Source: an uncultured Thiotrichales bacterium (GTDB taxonomy: Bacteria > Pseudomonadota > Gammaproteobacteria > UWMA-0217). Taken from it: DNA of 45,679 nucleotides. Location: assembly GCA_964577195.1 (NCBI GenBank), contig CAZNYF010000002.1, positions 1 through 45,679 of the forward strand, given 5' to 3'. Below, in pieces: positions 10,645 to 20,081 of this stretch. Numbering within the stretch: the first letter of the stretch is position 1; each line of letters begins with the position of its first letter. A program made the translations under genes and the position numbers. Below the pieces are notes generated by a model that was not told the DNA's origin, did no database searches, and saw only the letters and a program-made list of their open reading frames with translations.

Positions 10645-11700
10645 ATGCGAATTTCCCGTTCAGGCTTATTGTTACTCTCACTCTTGCCTGCGATAGTTGT
10701 GGCTGATAGTGGTCTCCCGTTCCCAACCGCTAAGGTTATTGATGATCTGGTTTCCCGTGAGCGTGTACTCGATGGCGTTGTAGAGGCGGTGCATAAAACC
10801 ACCGTGTCGGCACAGACTTCGGGTCAGGTTGAGAGTGTTCATTACGATGTCGATGATTTCGTCGAGCAAGGCCAGATCATCGTCAAACTCAAAGCCAAGA
10901 AGCAGTCAGCCAGTGCCAAGCAGGCAAAAGCGGGCTTGGCTGAAGCACGAGCACGTTTGAAGCAAGCGCAGCAAGAACATTCCCGTATCGAAAGTATCTA
11001 CGACCGAAAGTTGATAGCGAAAGCCAAACTCGATGCTGCAACCACAGAGTTGACGGCGGCAAAAGCTCGGCTCGCGGGTGCTAAAGCATTAATGACCAAG
11101 GCGGATGAGCAGCTCGGTGATACGCTAATTCGCGCGCCGTATTCTGGCATTGTGACGGACCGCTATGTGGAGGCAGGTGAGTTTGTGAAAGTGGGCAAGC
11201 AACTGATGACGGGTATATCACTTGATAAATTGCGAGTCAGTGTTGATGTGCCTCAGCGGCTGATTAATAAAGTTCGCGAGTTGAAGAAAGCGCGTTTGAT
11301 AGATACTCCAGCTGGCAGTGTTCCGGTAACAGATCTAACATTTTTTCCTTATGCTGATGCTGGTTCAAACACTTTTAAGGTGCGGGTTAATCTGGCAGAA
11401 AAAGTCAGTGGCTTATTTCCTGGCATGTTCGTCAAAGTTGCATTTACTACCGGTGAGCACCAACAACTGGTGGTTCCTGAGGAAGCCATTGCTTATCGTG
11501 GTGAAGTGACAGGCGCTTATGTTTTGAACGATGAAGGAATTCCTTTGTTGCGATACGTTCGCCTGGGTCATCACGCGGGTGGGGGTAATATCGTTGTCCT
11601 ATCCGGGTTGGTGGCAGGAGAAGAGGTTGCTCTCGATCCTATCGCTGCGGGTATTTACAGAAAACGTCAGACTGACTCTGTAGAGAAAGCTCATGACTGA
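10645..11700 (+). CDS. efflux RND transporter periplasmic adaptor subunit
   Basis: Signal peptide, coiled-coil hairpin (AKAGLAEARARLKQAQQEH...) and barrel-sandwich/beta-barrel layout typical of HlyD/MFP adaptors. It overlaps the pump gene by 8 nt. Confidence 0.85.
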   Translation: MRISRSGLLLLSLLPAIVVADSGLPFPTAKVIDDLVSRERVLDGVVEAVHKTTVSAQTSGQVESVHYDVDDFVEQGQIIVKLKAKKQSASAKQAKAGLAEARARLKQAQQEHSRIESIYDRKLIAKAKLDAATTELTAAKARLAGAKALMTKADEQLGDTLIRAPYSGIVTDRYVEAGEFVKVGKQLMTGISLDKLRVSVDVPQRLINKVRELKKARLIDTPAGSVPVTDLTFFPYADAGSNTFKVRVNLAEKVSGLFPGMFVKVAFTTGEHQQLVVPEEAIAYRGEVTGAYVLNDEGIPLLRYVRLGHHAGGGNIVVLSGLVAGEEVALDPIAAGIYRKRQTDSVEKAHD

Positions 11701-14700
11701 TTCAACCACTAAAAAACTTGGAATTTCAGGGCGAATTGCACAGAAATTTCAAAATAGCGCCATCACTCCCTTGCTAGCATTGGTGGGGTTGTTACTGGGT
11801 GCTTTCGCGATTGTAGTGACGCCGCGTGAAGAAGAGCCGCAAATAAACGTTACCTTTGCGAATGTGTTTATTCCATTTCCCGGTGCGTCAGCTCAAGAGG
11901 TTGAGAGCCTGGTGTCTGGGCCGGCAGAGCAGGTTTTGTCAGAAGTGGAAGGTTTAAAGCATATTTATACCTCTTCATACCCAGGATTATCTGTTTTAAC
12001 GGTGCAATATAAAGTCGGTGAAAATCGTACTGATGCGCTGGTACGTTTATACAATAAAGTCGCCTCTAATCAAGATTGGTTGCCACCAAACCTGGGCGTG
12101 CACCAGCCGCTAATCAAACCTAAAGGGATTGATGATGTCCCGATTGTTGCGGTGACACTTTGGTCAGAAAATCCTGACATGGGGGGCTATGAGTTACTCA
12201 AAGTTGCTCATGCGATTGAGTCCGAATTAAAACGGGTTCCTGGGACGCGAGATATTTACACCATAGGTGGCGCCCAAAATGTCGTTTCTGTAAAGCTCGA
12301 TGCGCAAAAAATGGCTGGTTTTGGCATTGCCTTGAATGATTTAAGGATCTCTTTACGTGCGGCCAATGCTTCAAGAGACGCCGTGTCTGTGACGCGAAAT
12401 AATGAGGAGATTCAAATTCAGGCAGGTGCTTTTTTAACCACGCCAGAAGAGGTAGAAGGTTTAATCGTTGGTGTTATTAACAATAAACCTGTGTATTTGC
12501 GAGATGTCGCAGAAATTACATTGGGGCCCACACAACCAACAAGTTATGTGACTTTTAATAAACCCGGTGTTGCTGAAAATGTTCCCGCTGTGACATTGGT
12601 GGTTGCGAAAAAGCCTGGCACCAATGCAGTCGAGATTTCTCAAAGTGTGATTAAACGACTAGAGCAATTAAAAGGCATTTATTTACCTGATGATGTCAAC
12701 TTTGAAATCACTCGTGATTATGGCGCAACCGCCGATGCGAAAGCGAAAAAGCTAATCACCAAATTACTGTTTGCGACTGCCTCGGTGGTTGTTTTGGTCT
12801 TAATCGCAATGGGTTGGCGTGAGGCAATTATTGTTGGCGCTGCCATTATTATTACTTTAATGGGAACCTTGTTTGCGTCCTGGGCTTGGGGCTTTACGCT
12901 CAATCGGGTGTCGTTATTTGCGCTGATATTTTCCATAGGCATACTCGTGGATGATGCCATTGTGGTGGTCGAAAATATCCATCGCCATATGATGATGGGT
13001 GGCAAGAATTTACTCAAAGTAATTCCAGCGGCTGTTGATGAGGTGGGTGGGCCAACAATATTAGCAACATTCACTGTTATTGCCGCATTGCTACCGATGG
13101 CATTTGTGACTGGGCTAATGGGGCCGTACATGAGCCCGATCCCGATCAATGCCAGTATGGGTATGTTAATTTCTTTGGGCGTTGCCTATGTCATCACGCC
13201 TTGGCTAACCTATAAATTTCTCAAGAATGTAGACTTTAGCGGGCATAGTAGCGACGAAACGGCAGCGCCGTGGTTAAAGAATTTATTTAATAAAGTCATG
13301 CAGCCGCTGCTGGAATCCCGGTTGAAACGAAATGGTTTGTATGTGGCGCTAATTATTTTAATTGTCCTTTCCACCAGTCTTGCGGGGTTTAAGGTGGTGG
13401 TGATGAAAATGCTGCCATTCGATAATAAATCCGAATTTCAGGTGGTTGTCGATATGCCGGAAGGAACGACTTTGGAACGCACCAAGCAAGTGCTGGATGA
13501 AGTCGCTTTGTATTTATCGGATGTTGAAGAAGTAAAGGATATGGAGGTCTATGCAGGGACAGCCGCACCAATTAATTTTAATGGCTTGATTCGTCAATAT
13601 TATTTACGTAAAGCATCACATCTGGGCGATGTTCAGGTTAATCTTGTAGATAAAAATCAGCGTAAAAGAAAAAGTCATGAAATTGCACAATCAGTGCAGA
13701 AGCCGCTGGAAAAAATCGCAAGGAAATATAATGCGAACTTAAAAGTAGTTGAAGTGCCGCCGGGTCCACCAGTTCTGTCGCCGATTGTTGCAGAAGTCTA
13801 CGGCCTGGATTATGCAGGTCAGCTGGATGTTGCTTCTGATTTACGCCAAGTGATGGAATCGACTGACGATATTATTAATATCGATGACAGTATTGAATTT
13901 CCTCAAGCGCGTTATGTGCTGCACGTAGATAGAGAAAAAGCTGCTCGATTAGGTATTTTGCAACAGTCGGTTGCAACTGCCATTGACACTGTTTTGGGTG
14001 GCGAAGATGTGACGCATATTCATGGCAAAAATATTAAATATGCGGTGCCAATTCGATTGGAATTTTCTACAGCGAATAAAGCGGATATAGAAGCTGCGCT
14101 GGATCTTCAAATACGCAGCGCTTCTGGAAAGCTGGTTCCAATGTCTGAAATTGTCAGCTTGGAAAAAGGTGTGCTGGAACATGCCATTCATCATAAGGAT
14201 TTATTGCCAGTGGTATATGTTACTGCGGACATGGCAGGTGAGTTGGATAGTCCGTTGTACGGCATGTTTGATATTGCTGGAAAATTGCGCGAGTCACCAA
14301 TAGATCGTGGAGCGGAAGTGGATCAGTTCTTTTTTAATGCGCCGGATGATCCTTATAACTACACCATAAAATGGGATGGCGAATGGCAGGTCACTTTCGA
14401 GACATTTCGCGATATGGGTATTGCTTATGCAATTGGTATGATCCTGATTTACTTGTTAGTTGTCGCGCAATTTAAATCCTACGCAGTACCGCTGATCATC
14501 ATGGCGCCCATTCCATTAACCATTATTGGCGTGATGCCAGGTCATGCGCTACTCGATGCAAAATTTACAGCAACTTCTATGATCGGAATGATCGCGCTGG
14601 CAGGGATAATCGTTAGAAACTCCATCTTGCTGGTGGATTTTATTAACGAACAAGTGCGCGCTGGCATGAGCCTTGAAAAAGCAGTCATTGAAGCAGGTGC

Positions 14701-14905
14701 AGTCAGAGCAAAACCGATTGTGTTAACGGGATTGGCAGCAATGGTTGGAGCCTTCTTTATTATAAGCGATCCAATATTCAGTGGCCTGGCAATCGCTCTG
14801 ATTTTCGGATTATTCGTATCGACCATTTTGACACTGCTGGTCATACCGGTGCTGTATTACGCGTATGCAAGAACGCGTGTTGAGTCAGTGATACTGAACA
14901 CATAA
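11693..14905 (+). CDS. efflux RND transporter permease (AcrB/HAE-like), 12 TM
   Basis: 1070 aa with two large periplasmic loops and two 6-TM bundles (e.g. FALIFSIGILVDDAIVVVENI). No outer-membrane factor gene is adjacent. Confidence 0.9.
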   Translation: MTDSTTKKLGISGRIAQKFQNSAITPLLALVGLLLGAFAIVVTPREEEPQINVTFANVFIPFPGASAQEVESLVSGPAEQVLSEVEGLKHIYTSSYPGLSVLTVQYKVGENRTDALVRLYNKVASNQDWLPPNLGVHQPLIKPKGIDDVPIVAVTLWSENPDMGGYELLKVAHAIESELKRVPGTRDIYTIGGAQNVVSVKLDAQKMAGFGIALNDLRISLRAANASRDAVSVTRNNEEIQIQAGAFLTTPEEVEGLIVGVINNKPVYLRDVAEITLGPTQPTSYVTFNKPGVAENVPAVTLVVAKKPGTNAVEISQSVIKRLEQLKGIYLPDDVNFEITRDYGATADAKAKKLITKLLFATASVVVLVLIAMGWREAIIVGAAIIITLMGTLFASWAWGFTLNRVSLFALIFSIGILVDDAIVVVENIHRHMMMGGKNLLKVIPAAVDEVGGPTILATFTVIAALLPMAFVTGLMGPYMSPIPINASMGMLISLGVAYVITPWLTYKFLKNVDFSGHSSDETAAPWLKNLFNKVMQPLLESRLKRNGLYVALIILIVLSTSLAGFKVVVMKMLPFDNKSEFQVVVDMPEGTTLERTKQVLDEVALYLSDVEEVKDMEVYAGTAAPINFNGLIRQYYLRKASHLGDVQVNLVDKNQRKRKSHEIAQSVQKPLEKIARKYNANLKVVEVPPGPPVLSPIVAEVYGLDYAGQLDVASDLRQVMESTDDIINIDDSIEFPQARYVLHVDREKAARLGILQQSVATAIDTVLGGEDVTHIHGKNIKYAVPIRLEFSTANKADIEAALDLQIRSASGKLVPMSEIVSLEKGVLEHAIHHKDLLPVVYVTADMAGELDSPLYGMFDIAGKLRESPIDRGAEVDQFFFNAPDDPYNYTIKWDGEWQVTFETFRDMGIAYAIGMILIYLLVVAQFKSYAVPLIIMAPIPLTIIGVMPGHALLDAKFTATSMIGMIALAGIIVRNSILLVDFINEQVRAGMSLEKAVIEAGAVRAKPIVLTGLAAMVGAFFIISDPIFSGLAIALIFGLFVSTILTLLVIPVLYYAYARTRVESVILNT

Positions 14906-15018
14906 AGAACCACCAACTAAGTGTGTTCTCAAGCGAACGTGTGAGAATACAGCTCGTTAACTTTTGAAAAACAATCTGTATTTCTTCGAAGGATGGTATG
15001 TGCCGATGAATCGAGTTA

Positions 15019-15519
15019 TTAAGATGATTTTTGAAGCAGTTCGATGAGTTTTTGAAGGCTTGTGGCGACAGCTTGTTGGCGCACTGCATTGCGGTCACCC
15101 GTAAAAACAATGCGTAATGTTTCGGTCGCTGAACCAGACATTGCCCAGCCCAACCACACGGTGCCTACCGGTTTCTCTTTGGTTCCACCTGTAGGGCCGG
15201 CAATTCCACTGACAGAAATTGAGACCGTTGCGAGACTGTTTTCCAATGCGCCTTCGGCCATTTCGATGACGGTTTGTTCGCTAACGGCGCCAAACTTCTC
15301 CAGGGTGGCAGTCGAGACGCCCAGCATTTCCTGTTTTGCAGCATTGCTATAAGTGACAAAGCCGCGATCAAAACTGACTGAGCTTCCGGCCAGATCAGTC
15401 ATAAGTTTGGCTATCCAGCCACCTGTGCAGGATTCCGCAGTGGCAAGTATTTCACCTTTTTCTTTCAGTACATTTTGTAGCTCAGCGGCGAGATCGTCGT
15501 TCGTTGTTTCAATAGTCAC
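15019..15519 (-). CDS. pncC: nicotinamide-nucleotide amidohydrolase (CinA C-terminal domain family)
   Basis: 166 aa with the ATAESCTGGWIA motif and overall CinA/PncC collinearity. Its start overlaps the upstream mtaB end by 11 nt. Confidence 0.8.
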   Translation of the reverse strand: MTIETTNDDLAAELQNVLKEKGEILATAESCTGGWIAKLMTDLAGSSVSFDRGFVTYSNAAKQEMLGVSTATLEKFGAVSEQTVIEMAEGALENSLATVSISVSGIAGPTGGTKEKPVGTVWLGWAMSGSATETLRIVFTGDRNAVRQQAVATSLQKLIELLQKSS

Positions 15520-16807
15520 GATCAGTGATGGTTCCTGTTAATGCTAAATCTGCTGGGTCGATGGCTGTAATCTCGGTATCTGTAACCTGATATTCGAGAG
15601 AGTTATTGCCTGATACCACAGTTTTGACGCGGTGAAAATTGGGTGTGTAACCGTGAAAAACAATCTGGCCATCCGCCTGCTCTTTGGGTTTTTCCCAAAG
15701 TACAGCCTGTGTGGTGTTGATCGTTTTTTGCAATGAGGTTTTCTTCATTGTATTTGCGAGTTCGGTAAGCTCTTTAACACGCCGCCGTTTCGTTTGTGTG
15801 TCAATTTGATTATCGAGTCGAGCAGCTTTTGTCCCGCTACGCGGCGAGTAGGGGAAGATATGCAGGTGGCCAAAGCCGGTAGATTCAACAAATTTCATGG
15901 TTTGTTGCCATTCCTGTTCCGTTTCTCCAGGAAAGCCAACGATGATATCGGAAGTTACATTGAAGCCGTCAACATGACTCCTGGCTTTCTCTACTAGTGC
16001 TGAGAATTCTTGCGTTTTGCATCGCCGAGACATACGTCTAAGTACGGCGTCAGAGCCGCTTTGCAAGGGCAAATGCATATGTGGCATGACGCGCTTGTCT
16101 TTAAATAGCGAGAAGAAATGATCGGGCAAATCCCATGGCTCGACTGAGGCGAACCGGAGGCGTGGAATGTTGGTTTTGGTAAGAATTCTTTCGACCAGCT
16201 CAAAAAGACTGGAATCGTTATCAGAGCCAAATCCACCTACGTGTACGCCGGTGAGTATGGCTTCATTGATGCCTTGTTCCTCAAAGCGACGGATTTCTCC
16301 GATAATTTCTTCGACAGATCGACTTCGTTCATCACCTCTGGCAACAGTCACTATGCAAAAACTGCAACGATAACGGCAGCCATCTTGAATCTTGATAAAG
16401 GCGCGATGCCGACCGCGAGAATAAAGTGCAATATCGTCAGGGGCAGGGATGCGTGGCTTTATTGAAAGATGCAGTTTATCGAGTGAGATTGTCGCTAAGG
16501 TGGGTTTTTGCTGGTTTGGAATAACCAGATCTACGCCTGCTGTATCTGCAGTCTGCTGTGCGTTTAACGAAGAATGACAGCCGGTAACCACCAGTTTTGC
16601 ACGAGGATTATTCCTTTGCATGCGGTTAATTAAATTCCGCGATTTTCGGCTAGCTTCGTTAGTCACGGCGCAGGTGTTTAGTACTAATAGATCCGCATCT
16701 TCTGCTGATCCGCTAATAGAATAACCCTGAGCAATAAACTGTTGCGACCATTGCTCCAGTTCCGCTTCATTGAGTCGGCAGCCGAGTGATTTAAGGTGGA
16801 CTTTCAT
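15509..16807 (-). CDS. mtaB: radical-SAM methylthiotransferase, MtaB-like
   Basis: N-terminal UPF0004 domain (LGCRLNEAE), radical SAM CRYRCSFC and a C-terminal TRAM-like domain. Its 432-aa size fits MtaB rather than MiaB or RimO. Confidence 0.8.
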   Translation of the reverse strand: MKVHLKSLGCRLNEAELEQWSQQFIAQGYSISGSAEDADLLVLNTCAVTNEASRKSRNLINRMQRNNPRAKLVVTGCHSSLNAQQTADTAGVDLVIPNQQKPTLATISLDKLHLSIKPRIPAPDDIALYSRGRHRAFIKIQDGCRYRCSFCIVTVARGDERSRSVEEIIGEIRRFEEQGINEAILTGVHVGGFGSDNDSSLFELVERILTKTNIPRLRFASVEPWDLPDHFFSLFKDKRVMPHMHLPLQSGSDAVLRRMSRRCKTQEFSALVEKARSHVDGFNVTSDIIVGFPGETEQEWQQTMKFVESTGFGHLHIFPYSPRSGTKAARLDNQIDTQTKRRRVKELTELANTMKKTSLQKTINTTQAVLWEKPKEQADGQIVFHGYTPNFHRVKTVVSGNNSLEYQVTDTEITAIDPADLALTGTITDRDY

Positions 16808-16879
16808 TGTTTTGGTAGGGTACTGAGAAAAGTATTGGCGTGAATATTAGCATTTTCTGCAAGGTGAATTGAGCGAAAA

Positions 16880-16905
16880 AAAACCCAGCACAGAGGCTGG
16901 GTTTT
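16880..16905 (-). terminator. intrinsic terminator downstream of soxA
   Basis: AAAACCCAGC / GCTGGGTTTT stem with a 6-nt loop. On the minus strand it is followed by a U8 tract (complement of A76..A83). It sits 22 nt after the soxA stop. Confidence 0.75.
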
Positions 16906-16926
16906 AAAAATAGCTTTTACAACACC

Positions 16927-17766
16927 TTATTTTCGAGCGCCAGGGGCGTTGTATTCCAGTCCGTTACTCATATAGGTATGAAATAGCTCGAGATTCTTAT
17001 ACTCATCGCCTTGCGCCTTAAACCATTTTGCGCGAACTTGTTTGTTGCAACCCGCATAACGGCGGTGCGGTGTGCCGAGGCCGCCCCATTTGGATCGGTA
17101 AACTGGAAAATGGGACAAATGACCGAGTGCCGGGCTAAGGAGGTCAGCACGAATTTTGCTGCCGGAGTAGTAAATATGGCAGTCGGCACAAGACATATTT
17201 AGTTGACCGCGTTTGGCGTAGAAAAATTGCTTTCCTGATTCGTAGGCTGCTTGTGCTTTTGGGGAGTCTGGGATTTGAATGTTGATTTTTTGGCCGCGAG
17301 CTTGATAGCCAACATAGGCAGTCAAATCGGCGATTTTGCCTTTTTTGTATTTGAGCGCTTCTTCGCCATTGGCAACGCGGCAGGCGTTAATTTCTTCTTC
17401 CAGTGTTCTGACGTCACCTTCTTTCTCATCCCAATGGGGGTATTGAGCGCGGATTTTTGAAACATCATCGCCAAAACAGGAGGCGTAAGTCTTGCCGTTG
17501 GCAAAGGCTTTTCCCCAAGCTTCTTCGCCATTGTCGACATTAATTTCGTAGGGAGGGAACTCTTCGATTGATTCCCATTGCTCTCGGGAAGCTTTGTCGA
17601 TGGAGTAGACGCCGTTGTTGAAGTCTTCAAACGGTGTCTCGCTAAAGCGTTTTTTGAAAAAGTTCTGGAACGCGGTGAGGTCATCTGCGGGACTGGCGAA
17701 AGCCGGTGAGATTGGAGCTGCAATAAAGCTGGCAGCAATTGCTATGCAAGTTAGAGCTTTTTTCAT
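16927..17766 (-). CDS. soxA: sulfur oxidation c-type cytochrome SoxA (monoheme type)
   Basis: Signal peptide, a single CADCH heme motif and RRYAGCN carrying the Cys axial ligand typical of SoxA. It lies 19 nt downstream of soxX. Confidence 0.85.
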   Translation of the reverse strand: MKKALTCIAIAASFIAAPISPAFASPADDLTAFQNFFKKRFSETPFEDFNNGVYSIDKASREQWESIEEFPPYEINVDNGEEAWGKAFANGKTYASCFGDDVSKIRAQYPHWDEKEGDVRTLEEEINACRVANGEEALKYKKGKIADLTAYVGYQARGQKINIQIPDSPKAQAAYESGKQFFYAKRGQLNMSCADCHIYYSGSKIRADLLSPALGHLSHFPVYRSKWGGLGTPHRRYAGCNKQVRAKWFKAQGDEYKNLELFHTYMSNGLEYNAPGARK

Positions 17767-17785
17767 GTTTGTTCTTCCTTAATTA

Positions 17786-18160
17786 CTAAAGCGAATGAAT
17801 GAAATCAACAATTTTGTCGAGTTCCGCTTCGGAAATAATCCGGTGGCTGATAAATGGCGGCATGATCGTGTTTTCATTTGGGGTTACAGGATCTCCAATT
17901 TGCGTACGTAATTTAGATTTATCAGGAAAACGCGCTTGCATCGCAATTAGTGGCGGACCTATATTGCCAGCCAGTTCGCCGCCAGCAATTTGATGGCAGG
18001 CAAGACAGTTGCCTTTTTTACGGTCAAAAGCGAGCTTCTTGCCTTCTTCCAGGATTGCCGCCGCATCTTCAGATTGTGCGATTGTCGGGATAACGCTAAG
18101 GAAAGTTGCCAGAAGAATCGCAGAAGCAGCGGTTGATGCTGCTTTAACGGGGATGTTCAT
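17786..18160 (-). CDS. soxX: sulfur oxidation c-type cytochrome SoxX
   Basis: The ATG at 18160 (MNIPVKAAS..., signal peptide) has GAGAGG 5 nt upstream. Heme motif CLACHQI and distal Met region TIMPPF. The ORF-track start at 18211 is a TTG. Confidence 0.8.
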   Translation of the reverse strand: MNIPVKAASTAASAILLATFLSVIPTIAQSEDAAAILEEGKKLAFDRKKGNCLACHQIAGGELAGNIGPPLIAMQARFPDKSKLRTQIGDPVTPNENTIMPPFISHRIISEAELDKIVDFIHSL

Positions 18161-18176
18161 AGTTGCCTCTCTTTTT

Positions 18177-18194
18177 GGTAGTGGTAGTGGTAGT
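18177..18194. repeat. hexanucleotide tandem repeat (GGTAGT)x3 plus partial unit
   Basis: Read directly: GGTAGTGGTAGTGGTAGTGGT. It lies 6 nt upstream of the soxX RBS. It would encode PLPLPLP only if the TTG at 18211 were used. Confidence 0.9.
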
Positions 18195-18395
18195 GGTCTC
18201 TTCGTTGACAAGGGAAAGCGTAAATAAGCTGTTGAATATATTGAGTCATTCAGATATTTATGCGTGACTTAGTCAAACCGCTCGACAGGATACATGACAC
18301 CTAGAGCCGATCAAAGAGATTAGATATATGAGTATATTATCGAGTTCTAATGACTTTAGAGGCGTTTCTTTTGGAGGTGCGGCTGTTGTCCCGCA

Positions 18396-19829
18396 TTAAG
18401 GATCGTTGTGTTTAACGATCTTTTTTAGTCGCGCTTTGAGTAAATCCAATCTTGCTTTGGTGATTTCACTGGTTGCGGGGAGGTGTTCTGCTATTTCTAT
18501 CTGCGCTAATGCAGCGGAAGGGAGGCCTGTTCTTACGTAATAAGCAGCCATCGTCGCGTGGCTCATTGCCTGGCGGCCACTTTTGCTGGCTGCCGCAGCT
18601 TTAAGCTTGAGTAGCGGTAGCCAGTTACTGCTGTCTAGTTCCCGGTTATTGAGCAAATAGTAGGCTTCTTTGCCTTTATTGGCGGCTAAGTATGCATTGG
18701 CTAAAGCTTCCCGAGCTGCAGGGTGTTGAGGGTGGTTTCTTACCACCGATTCTAACAGTGGAATGGATTTGTCCAATTGCCGGCTATTGGTTAATGCTGT
18801 GCCAGCGAGTAATTGTCCCGAAGGTGATTTTTTCCATTTTTGGGAGAGTGATTTGCTTAGCTTTTGTGCGTCTCTTGGGCGATTGCTCTGGATCAATGCA
18901 ACTGCTCTGGCGTAAATGATGGCATCTTGTTCTGTTGATGCGGCATTTTGATGGGTTAAAAGTCCCTGTGAAAGTCCTTTGGTTCGAGCTCGGAAAATAT
19001 TGAATTTAAGTGAGTCGCGGGATAATTTTTTCTCTGATGATTGTTCTGAGGGCAGGGAAAATTGATCCGCAATCCTTGAAGATGGTAGCGGGTGTGTACT
19101 TAGGAACTCTATGGCGTTTTCTTCATTGTTGAAGCTTTGCTCGCGGAGCCGAGCAAAAAAATCACCCATTGCCTCTGTATTGTAACCAGCGCGAGCGAGG
19201 ATACTACGCCCAATTCTGTCGGCTTCCTGTTCATGACTTCTAGTAAAGCCAATTTTTGCGGACGCACTCGCAGCCAGACCGGTATATAGCGCGGCTTGTC
19301 CAGCGGCTGGCGAATGGGCACTGGCGATAATAGCGGCTAGGATACCTAGTGTTGTGCCGATATCTATTTTGTTCGATTTTTCATAAAAACGCGCAAGGTG
19401 TCGTTGTGTGACGTGAGCAATTTCATGAGCGAGCACAGCCGCCAGTTCATCTTCGTTTTCTGTAAGTTCGATTAGACCAGTGTGAACGACAATGATACCC
19501 CCGGGTGCAGCAAAGGCGTTGACGATAGGGCTTTTAAGAATAAGGAAGTGAAATGGGAAATGCTGTTCACTCACCTCGTTTAGAAGTCGCGTTCCTAAAT
19601 TTTGTAAGTAGTAGTTGAGTTCGACATCGTCAGAAATCGGCAGTTCGCGATGAAGCTGGGTAACAAGCTCCTGGCCAATTTTATACTCTTCTCGGGCGCT
19701 CATGATTCGATTGGCAGGATCGCCAATGCTAGGGAGCCCGTCTATCGCAAAGTCTACTTTCGCAGCCGCTGGCAGGCTGTTGAGCACAATGAATAAGAAA
19801 AGTAGTAAATATTTCATAGCTGTTGCCAA
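18396..19829 (-). CDS. bepA: M48-family periplasmic metalloprotease with C-terminal TPR (BepA/YfgC-like)
   Basis: Signal peptide, HEIAHVTQRH zinc motif and a TPR-like helical C-terminal half. 477 aa. Confidence 0.75.
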   Translation of the reverse strand: MATAMKYLLLFLFIVLNSLPAAAKVDFAIDGLPSIGDPANRIMSAREEYKIGQELVTQLHRELPISDDVELNYYLQNLGTRLLNEVSEQHFPFHFLILKSPIVNAFAAPGGIIVVHTGLIELTENEDELAAVLAHEIAHVTQRHLARFYEKSNKIDIGTTLGILAAIIASAHSPAAGQAALYTGLAASASAKIGFTRSHEQEADRIGRSILARAGYNTEAMGDFFARLREQSFNNEENAIEFLSTHPLPSSRIADQFSLPSEQSSEKKLSRDSLKFNIFRARTKGLSQGLLTHQNAASTEQDAIIYARAVALIQSNRPRDAQKLSKSLSQKWKKSPSGQLLAGTALTNSRQLDKSIPLLESVVRNHPQHPAAREALANAYLAANKGKEAYYLLNNRELDSSNWLPLLKLKAAAASKSGRQAMSHATMAAYYVRTGLPSAALAQIEIAEHLPATSEITKARLDLLKARLKKIVKHNDP

Positions 19830-20020
19830 TGTATATACCGTATTTGTTATTGATGTCGAGTTCTATATTGTGTTGCTCTATATGGGCGTCGATCACAAAT
19901 TGGCCAATTAACTCAGGTAAGAGCGTAATACTGGTCATAGTTCACTTATAAGAGTCTGTTAAATTGATTTACGTTCATTATTCTCTTTTAGAGCCAGACT
20001 CAGCGCAGATTATTTAGTCG

Positions 20021-20059
20021 TTGATTTATCTTATCCATTATATTAGTATAAGCTAATAT
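20021..20059 (+). promoter_or_regulatory. predicted sigma70 promoter with second copy of the 20-bp palindromic operator
   Basis: -35 TTGATT (20021..20026), 17-nt spacer, -10 TAGTAT (20044..20049). The palindrome ATATTAGTATAAGCTAATAT (20040..20059) matches the copy at 10565..10584 at 18 of 20 positions. It ends 22 nt before the rhodanese ATG. Confidence 0.45.
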
Positions 20060-20081
20060 TTGATTTAAAAGGGTTTGGCTT

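Noticed and set aside
12718-13149. 143-aa ORF antisense to the RND permease
   Set aside because: This is a mirror ORF of a TM-rich coding region. Its hydrophobic, low-complexity translation is expected by chance, and there are no independent signals.
17322-17738. 138-aa same-strand alternative-frame ORF inside soxA
   Set aside because: The soxA frame carries the signal peptide, the heme motif and the Cys ligand. The alternative frame is Ser/Thr/Lys/Pro-rich with no motif or RBS.
18161-18211. N-terminal extension of SoxX (MSTKRPLPLPLPKREAT) implied by the ORF track
   Set aside because: It depends on a TTG start without an RBS. The internal ATG at 18160 has a GAGAGG RBS and yields a normal signal peptide.
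19702-19938. Two 69-aa ORFs, one on each strand, in the bepA-like / rhodanese intergenic region
   Set aside because: They overlap each other and the bepA-like 5' end, lie in AT-rich promoter DNA, and have no RBS or recognisable protein features.
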